A stretch of DNA of 64,000 nucleotides from Camelus ferus. Taxonomy: Eukaryota. The position numbers were made by a program, and so were the translations under genes. Below are positions 51,340 through 64,000 of this stretch, piece after piece. Below the pieces are notes generated by a model. The model was not told where the DNA came from, searched no databases, and saw nothing but the letters and a program-made list of their open reading frames with translations. How positions within the stretch are numbered: the first letter of the stretch is position 1; the number at the start of each line of letters is the position of its first letter. The DNA is taken from contig NC_045697.1 of the NCBI RefSeq assembly GCF_009834535.1, forward strand, positions 91,576,001 to 91,640,000. Direction: 5' to 3'.

Positions 51340-51481
51340 TTAAGTGAAAGTAAATTTATTCAGGGAGATACACATTCCATCCACAGAATGCGGGTGGTCT
51401 CTGAAGGCAAAACAAGCGGCCTTAGGATATACACAGTCCATAGTCAGAATGTGGACCATCTAAGAAGGCAAGAGAGGTGGC
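51340..51481 (-). mobile_element. Retroposed piece of an ERV1 (MER41-like) LTR flanked by a long TSD
   Basis: Reverse strand ends AATAAATTTACTTTCACTTAAAAAAAA; internal ~60-bp diverged tandem unit; flanks CTACA(C/T)AATGATTTTTT at 51323-51339 and 51482-51498. Confidence 0.6.
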
Positions 51482-52290
51482 CTACATAATGATTTTTTAA
51501 AATAAATGTTTAGAGAAAAACATTGATAGGGTACTTCTTTCCCATCAACTTATCCTTCCTGGCAAGTTTCTGTTCCCTGGACTAGATCTTTGGAAAATCA
51601 AGGAAGAGCATGTTTCTGTTGAAATACCAGTGATACTCAGTATAGTGCTGAGACCTGAAGTAGAAAAATGAACTGCTGCAAATTTTGCCCTAAGGACATT
51701 TCACTGCTTTGTAAATACACGGAGGTGGCCATTATAGCTTCTACTCAATGTTACACTTGATTATTTAATTTCTAAATAAAACAATTTTCTTGGTAGAAAT
51801 GGCATGTAGGTCATCTGTCAGAATAAACGCTAACTTAGCCCAAAATACTCTGAACAGTATTGGTTTAGGGGACTAGGGTAAGTGTATTAGGCATTACATT
51901 ATTAAATTATTGGGCACTTCCTGGATTCAGGAATGTTTTTATATGTTAAGGGTATACCTAGTGTTCTTTCTCCAGTTACCAACATTTCACTGACTCTCTG
52001 AGGAACCAGTTAACTTACGGTGGCAACAAGAGTCGATTTTGAGACCTTCAACTTGAAGGTAGACTGCTTCTTTGCCACATCAGCCTTTGAATTGAGGTGG
52101 CAGGGGAAAGAAGAACAAGGTAGTAGCACCAAGCAGTTGCCACACATAACTGTTGGCCAGAGTATCTTATGTTGCCCTGGGGTGAAGTGGAATCTGATCC
52201 TGGGAAATTTACCTGTCCTCTCGTTTGCCTCTCTGAAAACAGTTTAGATTATTTATAAGTTAAATCCTTATTTAGTTAAAACTTGTTCTA

Positions 52291-52419
52291 CTTATGCTTT
52301 GTTTTTTATTTTTATTTAATTAATTAATTAATTTTTAAATGGAGGTACTGGGAATTGAACCCATTGAATTGTGCATGCTAAGTATGTATTCTACCACTGA
52401 GCTATACCCCCCACTCCCC
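52291..52419 (-). mobile_element. Camelid tRNA-derived SINE (Vic-like)
   Basis: Reverse strand GGGGGGTATAGCTCAGTGGTAGAATACATACTTAGCATGCAC...GGGTTCAATTCCCAGTACCTCC; TSD AAAACTTGTTCTA at 52278-52290 and 52420-52432. Confidence 0.85.
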
Positions 52420-52500
52420 AAAACTTGTTCTAAGTAACAGTGTAGTTCTAATCTTGTGGCAACATCATAATCAGTTCTAGGGATTGCAGAAAGTGAGTAT

Positions 52501-53012
52501 TCTTTTTTTGCTTTTATTTTTATTTTATTTTTTTTCATTTTTTAAAATTTGAGTATAGTGAGTTTACAGTGTTGTGGTATTGCTGGTATACAGCATAATG
52601 ATTCAGTTATACATATTATATGTATTCTTTTTTATTATAGGCTATTATAAGGTATTGAATATAGTTCCCTGTGCTATACAGTAGGACCTTCCTATTTATC
52701 TATTTTGTATATAGTAGTTAGTATCTGCAAATCTTGAAGTCTCAGTTTATCTCTCCACTCCCTCCTCAGCCTTTTCCCCTGGGTAACCACAAGTTTGATT
52801 TCTATGTCTGTGAGTCTGTTTCTTTTTTGTAAATAATTTGATTTGTGTCTTTTTTTTTTTTAAGATTCCACATATATGTGACGTTGTATGAGTATTTGTC
52901 TTTTTCTGTCTGACCTAGTAAGATGATCCAGGTCCATCCATGTTGCTGCAAATGACATTATTTTATTCTTTTTTATGGCTGAATAGTATTCTCTTGTATA
53001 CGTATATATCAT
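52501..53012 (-). mobile_element. Lineage-specific L1 3' end
   Basis: T-rich tail, ATAGTTCCCTGTGCTATACAGTAGG and GGTCCATCCATGTTGCTGCAAATG; ORF 52860-53057 contains EYYSAIKKN...FAATWMDL (ORF2 C-terminus). Confidence 0.85.
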
Positions 53013-54359
53013 ATCTTTTCTTAAAACAAACAATGACAATAGCAAACAAACAAACAAAAAATTTAATGAACAGCATCTTCACTTATATGAAGTACTCAGG
53101 TCCTGAAAGAATGAATGAAAAAACCAAATTCCATTATTTCTGAGCACTTACTATGGTAAGCCCCAGTTCTGTTATAAATCTAAAAATTCCCAACATTTCA
53201 TATTTAACTTTGAGAACATACTACAGTTTAAATATATGGTGCAATGAAATTTAAATGTGAAACCACCCCCTTCAGACCAAAATAGCTGGAGTGAAAATAG
53301 TGTATTCTCACATCCTGATTCATCAAAGTCTGGTTTTCAGGTGTTTTGATGATTAAATCTGTCTGGCAAAAGGCCATCAGTTTCATACCAAGGTTTCTCT
53401 GTAGGGCTGCATTGTCATACACTTCTGTGAATGGGAGTTTGGGAACTTTAAATGAAAGAGTATGTAAAGTTTTCTTTGCTGAGTGTTATTAACTGAGGGA
53501 CTCTGGATTAATTTAGCAGCCAGGTCTGTTCTTTCAGCCATAAGCCATGCTGTCAGAGAAACTTAATTACACTTTAAGTGGGACGCAAATGAGTTGTGAC
53601 ACTACATCATTTCACATGAAAGGTTCTTTACTTACATTAACTTGCACAATGCTTGCGCCTAAACCTACACTCATTACAATATTCCTGGGATTATTTTTTT
53701 AAACATGGCTAAATGCAAGTAGGGTTTTAACATTTAATAACCTGTTTCTTTCTTAATATTTAAGACTGCAAATGTTCACTTTATTAAATGATTATGAATT
53801 GAACTACTAGATACACGAATGTATGAAGGCTGGCAGGAAAAAATGTTCTACCACTTGTCTGCTCAATAGCATATTCTCAGGACCAGATTATTCTTTAAAG
53901 TAACTTTATGTCAATAACTTCTTTAGGATTGGTATCCATGGCTTGAAACAGGAAATTTAGCAAGCTTTAAAATCAGATGTCTAAGTAATTTTTATCCTTA
54001 GGGCTTAACAGATTTTTCTGAGGATCAGTTGGGTGATTTGGGGTGAGGAAATATGTAAATTGAAACATACAAATTATGTTTCATATTGATAATTGAAACC
54101 TTGAGTGACAGGGATAAAACAGTATGACAAGTGTTAGGACAAGTACGAACAATATATTTGATCCCATTCTGAAGGAATAGTCAAATGGTCCTGGAATTCT
54201 AAGGGGAGAAGGCATTCATTTTATATTTATCCCTCTGTTCTCTGATGTGGTGATAAGAGAGTTTCAAGGAAAATTAGTTGTTTCTTAACCAGTCACCATA
54301 ATCAATCAAGAGTGCTTGACAGTTGTTCTCAAGGATATAGGTAGTAGGGAAAACAACAA

Positions 54360-54595
54360 ACTTCTGTCACTTATTGTGTTCTTGGCAATGTCCTAAGCAC
54401 TTTACTTGTGTTAGTTCATTTAATACATTCAAAAACCCTATGAGGCAGGTATTCTGTCCCCATTTTACAAATGACAAAACTGAGAAAGAGAGGGGTTAAG
54501 CAAGTCCCCCAAACTCTCAAAAGTATGAGTCAAGATTCAAACCTACTCAGTCTAGTTTTAAAGGACATGCTTTTAACCACTGTGGCATACTGCCT
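54360..54595 (-). mobile_element. MIR SINE
   Basis: AACCCTATGAGGCAGGTATT...CCCATTTTACAAATGACAAAACTGAG. Confidence 0.75.
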
Positions 54596-55169
54596 AAGTT
54601 GTACAAGGGATTTTTATATTTATTAAATATCATAGAAAAAAATTTTTGAACAAGTAAATGATGAGACCAAAGGAAATTATAGAGAAGAACAGACCTTCAT
54701 CCGGTTGATTGAGGAACATGATGTTTCAGTGCTATCATACTATATCTGTTTATTCAAATTCCTAGATATTGGAGTCAAAGATTTATTATAACACACCAAC
54801 CACGAGATGCTGTTTCATTTTAAGTCACAAGTCTGTCTTTTTTCCCCCCAATGAGTAGCTTATGGTATTTATTACAAATAGACTTTGATATCAAACTGGA
54901 ATTGATTTGGAAAGGTGAAATGTATTCTTCATTTGCAAAATTATAGAAAAAGTTAAAATCTTATAATGCACTGAGCTACTTTACTACAATTTAATATACT
55001 GAAATTGTAGTTTATTAACTAGTACCTTGGTGTTTGAAAGAATTATACAAATTTTTAAATCCAAATTTACCTTCTCACATCATAACATGACCATTCCATC
55101 TTTTAAATTTTAGGAAATCTGTTCCTAAATTGAAGATAATATGTATGCAATGAAATTTATACCCCCTAT

Positions 55170-55305
55170 TGTGCCAGTTATCAGTTTATTGCCTCTCAGC
55201 TTCAAATCCATCCTGCATTACCTGCTCTGCAATAGAGAAGCTGGATCCTATAACCATTTCTCATTTTCAACGGGCACAGTGTTAAGCTAAGACAATAGAG
55301 GAGCT
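55170..55305 (+). mobile_element. LTR33-like ERVL LTR 5' fragment
   Basis: TGTGCCAGTT...TTGCCTCTCAGCTTCAAATCCATCC resembles the LTR33 start. Confidence 0.5.
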
Positions 55306-56429
55306 TGCATTCCTGGTCCTCGTCAGGTGATCGTCTCACTGAGAATGCAAACACTGGGCCCCCAACTGAAATAGTCATGAACATCTATCTGATGTTGGAG
55401 AAGAATATCAGCATTTTAGAGGTAGGAGAAACCTCAGGAGTCATCTAGTCTAAAAACCTTCCTTTTTGTAGGGATCCAGAGAGGTTTATTCCATGTGTTG
55501 TCACACCTTTTATACATGTAACAGTTTTAAATCTTCCCTTTCAAGGTTTATATTCTAAATAGTGACACTGTAATTATTTAAAACATCTGGTTTGAATTGT
55601 AAAGGAGCTTTTGTTTATCTTGAAATTCAATGAGTATTTATTGACTTTCCACTAATTTTCAAAGTGTTTCATTGGACTATAAGAGTAAAAACGATAGAGA
55701 TGCTTATTTTCTAAGCTAAAACAAAACATAAAATCCCAAAAAGCAGTAAACCGAGATAGAATATGGTAAAACCACAAGAGTTATGCAGAAAGAGACTGGA
55801 GGTCATATTTGGGGCAATAAAGATTGCTTTCATGAAGATGACAGACATATAAAGAGGCCTTGAAGATGGGTAGGGTTTGAGAGCTGGACCTGAGAACTGA
55901 GAAATTATAGTATCTGGATGGTTTAAAGCATAGGCAAAGGTTCAGAGACAGAGAAATATTTCACATTGGGGTGGAAAATGCCCTCTAGTTTGTTTTACTG
56001 GGGATATAGGCTAGTTATGGGGGAATAGTAGGAAAACTTGGCAAAATAACTGACTTTTTGAATTCTTATAGGTCATGACACATGGTATTTCAATAAAAGT
56101 CAAGAAAATGTAAGATGAGATGAGTTAAATAAATTAGTTAATCATAATTATATCCATATACATCCAAATACATAATAAATTACATAAGTTTATAAATAAT
56201 AGAGCTTTGAAAGCAACCAGATTTTTCATCTTTGGCCTCTGAAAAAAGCTTTAAAAAGATCTAAGGAAGAGCTAAACCATTTTGGATGTGATACTAATAT
56301 AAAGATTGCTCACTGATCATATATGACAAATTTGGTTTCATTTTTAGTAATTGTAAAATTATCTTCTCCATCATTGAATTGAATAGTAAACATAATACCC
56401 AATATTGACTTATATTAAAACAACTTAAA

Positions 56430-57950
56430 GGGCTTCATTTTCTGGATGGCAGGAATTAGATAACCTGAATAGCCTTCAGTTATTAAATACCTAGAAATAC
56501 TAGATAGAACTTAACAACTATTCATCTGGTTGCTTGCAAGAGAATTTCAAAAATGCCAGGGGAGATAAATGATGAGGAAACAAAGCCCCAGAGTGAAAGC
56601 TGAAGTGGCAGCTGCCTTGGCAGATGGGGTTGGTTCCATCTCTCAGTTATCAAGAATTGGAATTTAATGGCCCTGTGGGGACAGGAAATGATGCTGTGGA
56701 TTCATGAGTCCGGGAGTTGAAAATGAAATAGAAAATAAAATGAAAAACTGTTGAAGAGTTGCACCACCAGTGAATAAAGTCAAGGGTGAATTAGAAAAAT
56801 ATCTATTCACTGGCACAGAGAGCCAACCAAGCAACTTACTGCAGCCTGAGCTGGGAGTTAGGATAGCAAAATTTTCCTCTGAGAATTTACAAATGTGAGC
56901 CGGCCTTTACATTCATTTGGTGCTCAAGTTTACACTATCTAGGTGGTTTCTACATTGAGAAATTAACCTAAAACATGATTTCAGCTGGTAATATCTCTGG
57001 GAACACTGAGTTGAAGCAACCACAAATAACTCTAGAAGCCAGGCTTCATAGAACTTAGAACATTTTAATGGTGAGTAGAATATTTTTTTTTCTGAGGAGG
57101 ACAGAGAGACAGATTAACTTCAAACTTAATGTTAAGTCAGTTGGTTATTCATATGGAAATAAAAATGAATCCATAGATTATTATGTAAACAAAAATCAAT
57201 TCCAGATGGATTAAAGACTCAAATATGAAATGTGAAACTAAACTTTTTAGAAGAAAATATAGAGAAAAATATTTTTGACCTCATGTTATATATAGTTTCT
57301 TTAAACAAGACCCAAGAAGCATAAAAAGGACTGACTAATTTAAATAAAATTTTTCTGTACATCATAGGATACTGTAAATACTGTAGATGAAAGTATAAAT
57401 TAGTATAATCACTTTGGAGAGCAATTGGAGGCACAAACTCAAAGATGTACATAACCTTAGAACTCAGTAATTCCACTCCTACATATATAATCTAGGGACA
57501 CTTCCTTACATATGTGCAGGAGGTATATATATATGTGTATGTATATATATACATACACATATATATGGATATTTATTGAAATATTATTTCAAAAATTGGA
57601 AACAAATACCTATCCACAGGAGAATAAATAAGCAATTTTTCACATTAATTCATTAAGATAGAAAATTAAAATTATGAGTTATAGCTAAATCAATGTAGAT
57701 AATATCAAAAATATAACCTTGCATGTATATATAGCATAAATACAGTATGCTACTCTGTTATAAAGAATAAACAATGCAAGATGACACTTTTTGTATACAC
57801 AATAAGTTTATACAGAGTTTATGTAGTAAACTTATAAGAACATAATTAGAAATGATAAACACCAACTTTAGGATAATGGCTCTTTTGAGAGAGAAAGGGA
57901 GATGAGTGGAATTTTTTCTTAAATTGAATGTGTTAAAAAAAATGCTTAAA
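56430..57950 (+). mobile_element. Old L1 fragments (L1M 5' region then L1ME-like 3' region)
   Basis: AAAATCAATTCCAGATGGATTAAAGACTCAAAT and TTAGAAGAAAATATAGAG (ORF2 3' motifs); approximate boundaries. Confidence 0.55.
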
Positions 57951-60379
57951 GGAGACAATTTAGGTAATACAAATGAACTTTTAACACTTTGTGAAGCAGA
58001 CGGTCTTCATTTGGAGAAATGCCAAATGGGGTGGAAAGCAGGAAGTTGTTATAGGATAAAGAAAAAAGAACAAGGAAAAGAAAATTAGAAAATACTGACT
58101 GGGCCACATAATCAACTTTAATTAGGGTGAGAAAGTGGAAGAAAATAACTATAGAGCCCAGAGCTGGCTTAATGTTTGGGGATTGGCTGATTGGTTATAC
58201 TGCGTTTCTGGTCAAGTGGAACATTTATAAGGATAAGAAGGTTCCTAAGTTTTGGTTTGCTGACTTGGCACCCCAGGTAGGAGCAGCTCCATCTTGAACA
58301 TAGTAAATTGTTATAACATATGGTAGATGTTTTATTACATGTATACTTTAAAATATAGCTAAAATATTTCATAATATTAATTAAAACGACTAATGACAGC
58401 ATCTTAATATCATAATTTTAATATCAAACAAAAAGTTATGACATTGGCCTGTGCACAACAAATTTTCCCAATATCTTCTGAGTGTGATTTTTAAAATTAA
58501 ATCAAAAGATTAATATTAAAAACAAGTGGATAAAATTATTAAAATATAGATAAAATCTTTTAATATTCTGAACAGATAATATCATAGACTAGCATCCCAT
58601 GGAAATCATGGTATTTTGAAAATAAAACCAAACATTTTTGGAGTTAGAAGAATTTTTAATGTCTCTTCATTTTTTCACTTTATTTTTTGACAGGTGATAA
58701 AGCTATAGATGCACAAAGATTAAGTAACTTACTCAAATCACTCTGTAGTCAGAATCCAATTCTTTTGTTACCTAATCTAAGGTTCCCTCTTGCTAGATGA
58801 TATGTTTTAAAACAAAAAGCAACCTGAAACTATAGTGATTGTTATCTTTAATAATACACTCTTCCTTTAAAATTTTGCCCCATTTCATGCATACACAGGT
58901 CTAAGTTTTAGTATGTAACAAAATTACAAGTGGCAATCAATAATGGAAAATGCACTTGAGTGGCAGTCTTTAGTCTTTCAGAATTTTCATTTTGTACATC
59001 TACAGAACACAGATAACAATGGCTCATTAACCATGAAATCTGGGCAATTTGTCAAAAAGATCTCAATGTTGCAAAGCACCATTTGACTCAGCATTCTAGT
59101 ACTCCCCACCGACTCCCTACCTGAAAACTAAATAATAATCTGCCACTCTAAGCAGTGACCTGAAGTACGAGTCTTTCTCTCCATTGGAGAAGAACATTAG
59201 GAGGAAAGGTTCTTAAATATTTTGTTCTTATTTCAAAACTTCAGTAAAACTGTTTGTCTGTTGGTTTTCTAAACAATTACCATAAGACAGACAATCTCAC
59301 CTCCCTTGAGGGCAAGGAAAATGCACATCTGGATTTCAAGCCTGAAAAATGGTGCATACATAATCATCACAGTCCCACTATCAACCTTTAATCTGCTCCC
59401 TACAGCCTTAAATGTTTGGGAAGCCTATTTTAAAGTAATTTTCTCTCTTAGCAAGAATATCTGGCTCCTCACACAAAGCCTTTTCCTAAAAGAAGATTTT
59501 AGAAAGCCAATTTTGGGGAAAATGTTAGGAACTTTCTAGCCTTTGGTTACTTTTAGACAAGGCTACTAAAAAAGTCTGCCTAAATAAAAGCTGTTTGGGC
59601 ATGCAACAAGCTAAACCTCCGTTTGTGGCTTAGCATTAACAAAGTGAGTGTCTTTAAGAGCTGAGAATGTTGTTGTTGGTTTTTTTTTTTTAAAAAATGA
59701 TCTCTCAAATGTTTATAGCCCGTACATGCACTAAGATGAAAAATCAGTGCAATTGGAGGAAAAAACAATGGTTTAAAACAGTTTGGAAGAAAAGAAAGTA
59801 TCCCAATAAATCACTTGTCATTGTGGATAATAGAATACTGCATCATCTTCTATCAGCTGGAATAAAGGTGAAAACACTGAGCTTGCTCTCTAAACTCTAT
59901 GATCTCGCTGGCATATTCAATAGTGGATTCCATCATTATTGCCTTTTGGGGAAGGAAACACTTTTCTTTCCTGTAATTGTTTATAATTCCTGAAAACTCT
60001 TAAGGAATGTCATCTGCTTTAATAAGTAATAAATTCTCTACTGAATGTGTTGAGAGAGAGCAATAACAGGAAGAGAGAAGAAAATTTCTTTTCCCAGCAA
60101 GCATAAAATGCTGACAGAATGCTTCACAAATTATTTAAAGCATTTTGCATTTTAAAAAAGGATGTTTTCAAAAACAAAAGTGGTCTTGTTCTGAAAAATG
60201 ACCGATTTAAAATGCAAGGGTATAGCATTGAAAACCTAATTTGAAAACCTTGGGATATTCCATCTAGACCATGATCAGCAGCAATCTATCACTCAGTCTA
60301 ACTAACCATTAGTCCTTCTGAAGTTCATCTCCTGACTGATCACCTCTTAATCTCTTTTGCATCCCTCTCATTCTGTCTT

Positions 60380-62330
60380 TGAAAACTTTGAAAATTTTAT
60401 TTAAGAGAAAATTGTTTATGCGCATCACTTAAGAAATTAAAATACGCTGCCAGGTTTACTACAAAAACATCAGTCTCCAGACAAGCTTCTGCTCATTCTC
60501 TCCATCCCAGAGGGACCCCTTTCACCCTTTAGCTGATTATTTAACCTGTTTTTTATTATATTATGGTTGTTGAGATATTTAGTGAACATGTGATTATAAC
60601 CATGCAAGTGCTTTTCAAAGAGCCAAGTTAAGTAGTAAACTATGTTTGTATTATTTTTCCTATATAATTTATGGTTTTCTCAGGGGAAAAATAAGCTGTC
60701 TTATTGTTTCTGTTTTTCTACGTACCTTTCATTAATGAAACCACAGATTCTCTGCAGTTGTCTAAGCCTCGTCTCTATATATTCAGATGTACCAGGCATC
60801 CTATTAAATTAATCTTTTTTGACTCATTTCTCTCAGAGCTTGCTCCAATTTGTGCTGTTCTCCCTCCATATCTGGGGTACAGCTGACACTCTGGGATTTA
60901 TTTATCCTTATGCTGGGGATCCTTTACTTTCTCTTCTTGGTTTGATATCCTTTTTTTTTCTATCCCACGTCTTTCTCATTGTTGGTATTCTCTCATTTTG
61001 TAGAGTACACCCTCGAATAGCTTTCACAGAAAGCATATTTGTGACTTTCCATCTCTAAAAATGTTTTTATTCTACCCTGAAATATCAATTAAGCCTTTCA
61101 AATTTTATCAAGGTAAAATTTATATATAGTAAGTTGCACAAATCTTAAATGTACGGTTTTTAAAATATGTATATACCTGTATACACCACCCAAATGAAGA
61201 TACAGAACATTTCCATCAGTCAAAAGGTTTCTTAGTGCCCGATCCTAGTCAATAGTCACTCTTAGGGAGTTACCATTATTCTTACTATGACTTGGATTAA
61301 TTTTGCCCTTTTGAACCTCATAAACATAGAATCATATAGTGTGTGCTTTTTTGCATTTATGTTTTTTTCACTCCATATGTTTTTGATACTCATTCATATT
61401 ACTGAGTTTACCAATGTTTTATAATTTTTTGGTACTTAATATTACATTGTATGAATAAATCACAAAATATTATATTTTCTCCTAGAAGCTTTAAAATATT
61501 CACATTTAAATTTAGGTTTATGATCTACTTGAATTAATTATTTGAATAGATGTAAAGTATGGATCAAGGTTCATTTTTTCCCGTATGAGTACCCTATCTC
61601 CAGCATCCTTTATTGAGAAAAACATTGTGTACCCCACCAAACTGCAGTACACCTTTGAGTAAATCAGATGACTGTCTACGTGTAGATCTCTTTCTAAACT
61701 CTGTTCTGACCTATTGATCTATTTACTTATCCTTACTTCATCAACATAGCCTTGATTGCTATAGATTTATAGTAAGTTTTGACATCTGGAAGTGTACGTC
61801 TAGCTTAATTCTTCTTTAAGGTTGTCTTGGCTATTCAGGGTCCTCTACATCTTCATATAAATTTTAAAATCAGCTTACCAATGTCCACCAGAAAAAACAA
61901 AACAAAACAATGCATTATTAGATTGAGAAGGTTCTTTTGTATTGCTAGTTTGCTGAGAGTCTTTATCATGAATAGATGTTGAATTTTATCAATTGCTTCT
62001 TCTTAATTCATTGATAAATGGTTTTTCTCCTTTAATGTGGTAATTTACATTGGTTGTGATTACATTCAAATGTTCAACTAACCTTGCATTCTGGGAGTTA
62101 AATTGCATTCTACTTGCATTCTACTTGGTGTTAATATCTTATCCTATTTCTATATTGCTGTATTTGATTTGCTAATATTTCATTTAGGAGTATTTAATTT
62201 ATGAGAAATATTGCCCTTTAACTTTTCATTTCTTGCCATATCTTTGTCAGGTATGGATATCAGGGTTACTAACTTGACACTTATATAGTAGTTTGGTTAG
62301 TTATGGAATACTAGGTTGGAAATAATTCCT
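60380..62330 (-). mobile_element. Old L1 fragments (L1ME-like)
   Basis: GATACAGAACATTTCCATCA, GGATCAAGGTTCATTTTTTCCC and TTGCTGAGAGTCTTTATCATGAATAGATGTTGAATTTTATCAA. Confidence 0.65.
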
Positions 62331-62459
62331 TTCCATTGCCTTTTTTCTTTCTTTCTTCCTCTTCTTTTTTTTTTTTTTTCGGAAGCCTTTACCATGTCTG
62401 TAGTCTCCCCAGTACTTTGCACAGTGCCTAACATACTATAGATGCTCAATAAACTGTTT

Positions 62460-63545
62460 CTTTTTTCTCTCAATTTTTATGTTTTTAATTAAAAAAATTT
62501 TTTTAGTTGAAGTATAGTCAGTTTACAGTATGTCAATTTCTGGTGTACAGCATAATGTTTCAATCATACATATACATACATATATTCCTTTCTATGTTCT
62601 TTTTCATTATAGGTTACTATAAGATATTAACTATAGTTCCCTGTGCTATACAGAAGAAGCTTGTTGTCTATCTATTTTATATATAGTAGTTAGTATCTGC
62701 AAATTTTTAACTCTCAATTTGTCCCTTCCCACACCCTTTCCCCCCTGGAAAACCATAAGTTTGTTCTCTATGTCTGTGAATCTGTTTCTGTTTTGTAAAT
62801 AAGTTCATTTATGGTTTTGTTTTTTTTTTAGATTCCACATACAAAAATACGATATGGTTTTTTTCTTTCCTTCTCTAGCTTACTTCACTTAGAATGATGA
62901 TCTTCAGGTCCATCCATGTTGCTGCAAATGGCATTATTTTATTCTTTTTCACAGCTGAGTAGTATTCCATTGCATATATATATATCCAGTCATCTGTTGG
63001 TGGACATTTAAGTTGCTTCCATGTCTTGGCTACTGTATATAGTGCTGCTATGAACATTGGGGTACATATATCTTTTTGAATTAGAGTTCTCTCTGGATAT
63101 GTGCCAAGGAGGAGGATTGCTAGGTCATGTGGTAAATCTGTTTTTAGTTTTTTGAGGAATCTCCATAATATTTTCCATAATTGCTGCACCAAACTACATT
63201 CTCATCAGCAGTGTAGGAGGGTTCTCTTTTCTCCATACCCTAACCAGCATTTGTAGTCTTCTGAATGATGGCCATTCTTACTGGTGTAAGGTGATACCTC
63301 ATTGTAGTTTTGATTTTCATTTCTCTGATAATTAGCAATACTGAGCATTTTTTCATGTGCCTGTTGGCCATTTGTATGTCTTCACTGAAGAATTGCTTAA
63401 GTCTTCTGCCCATTTTTGGATTAGGTTGTTTTTTTTTTTTTTTTTGTTATTAAGTTGTGTGAGCTATTTGTATATTCTGGAAATTAAGCTCTTGTCAGTT
63501 GCATCATTTGCAAATATTTTCTCCCGTTCTTGTTTTGTTTATGGT
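62460..63545 (-). mobile_element. Lineage-specific L1 3' end with ORF2 C-terminal remnant
   Basis: ORF 62875-63192 LWRFLKKLK...CTPMFIAALYTVAKTWKQLKCP...MEYYSAVKKN...FAATWMDL is the L1 ORF2 C-terminus; T-rich tail near 62460-62505. Confidence 0.9.
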
Positions 63546-63779
63546 GCAAAAGCCCAATGCTTTCTAATGTCCAATGTGCTCTTGAGAAGAATTACATAAT
63601 TATGGTTTACACTGTAGCCTATAGGATTTTCATATGTTTCTGATATTTTAAAATTTCACTACATTGTGCTTTATTGTGTCTCTGTTTTCATTAATGTGCT
63701 GGGAAGTAATGTGTATATTTAATCTCCAAATTCAGATCCTTCAGTTGCAGGAAGTTTTCATGGTTTATTTCATTAACAG

Positions 63780-64000
63780 CGTGGTTGGCTGAATAATGCT
63801 CTCTCTGGTTCTCCTCACCACTCCCTTTACCTCCAAGATTTCCGTATCCTAATATCTGGAACATGTAAGTCGTACCTTCTATGTCAAAAAGGACTTTGCA
63901 GATGTGGTCAAGTTAATTATCTTGAGATAGGAAAATTATCCTGGATTATCTGGCTAGGCCAGATGTAATCATAGTGGTCCTTTATAATAGGTTTACAGAA
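63780..64000 (+). mobile_element. MaLR LTR (MLT1C/D-like), runs off the window
   Basis: GTGGTTGGCTGAATAATG...AAAAGGACTTTGCAGATGTG...CTTGAGATAGGAAAATTATCCTGGATTATC. Confidence 0.8.

Noticed and set aside
52335..52415. tRNA gene
   Set aside because: tRNA-like boxes are followed by an AT-rich tail and flanked by a TSD, so it is a SINE; the same applies at 6730-6806.
62875..63192. 105-aa ORF as a host gene
   Set aside because: It is the L1 ORF2 C-terminus inside a truncated L1.

Overview
AT-rich mammalian genomic DNA, very likely camelid (alpaca, llama or camel): it carries two tRNA-derived camelid-type SINEs with target-site duplications and no Alu, BovB or CHR elements were seen. Much of the window is interspersed repeat (L1, L2, MIR, MaLR/ERVL/ERV1 LTRs, hAT MITEs and a decayed class III ERV pol fragment). 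The main non-repeat signal, mostly invisible in the ORF track, is a + strand spliced gene spanning about 32 kb. Six GT-AG exons (19440-19497, 24973-25153, 29250-29310, 36527-36575, 49505-49704, 51043-51178) join into one open frame of 227 codons ending in TAA. The product is clearly homologous to the UPF0462 protein C4orf33, but only about 47% identical over the first homologous exon to the human sequence as I recall it, so it looks like an ancient paralogue rather than the orthologue. It has a spliced N-terminal extension in place of the start Met. A candidate first exon (17727-17875) could encode a hydrophobic anchor but is frame-disrupted, and several family residues are substituted, so this may be a decaying or relic gene. 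Repeat family names and protein comparisons are from memory; no searches were run.
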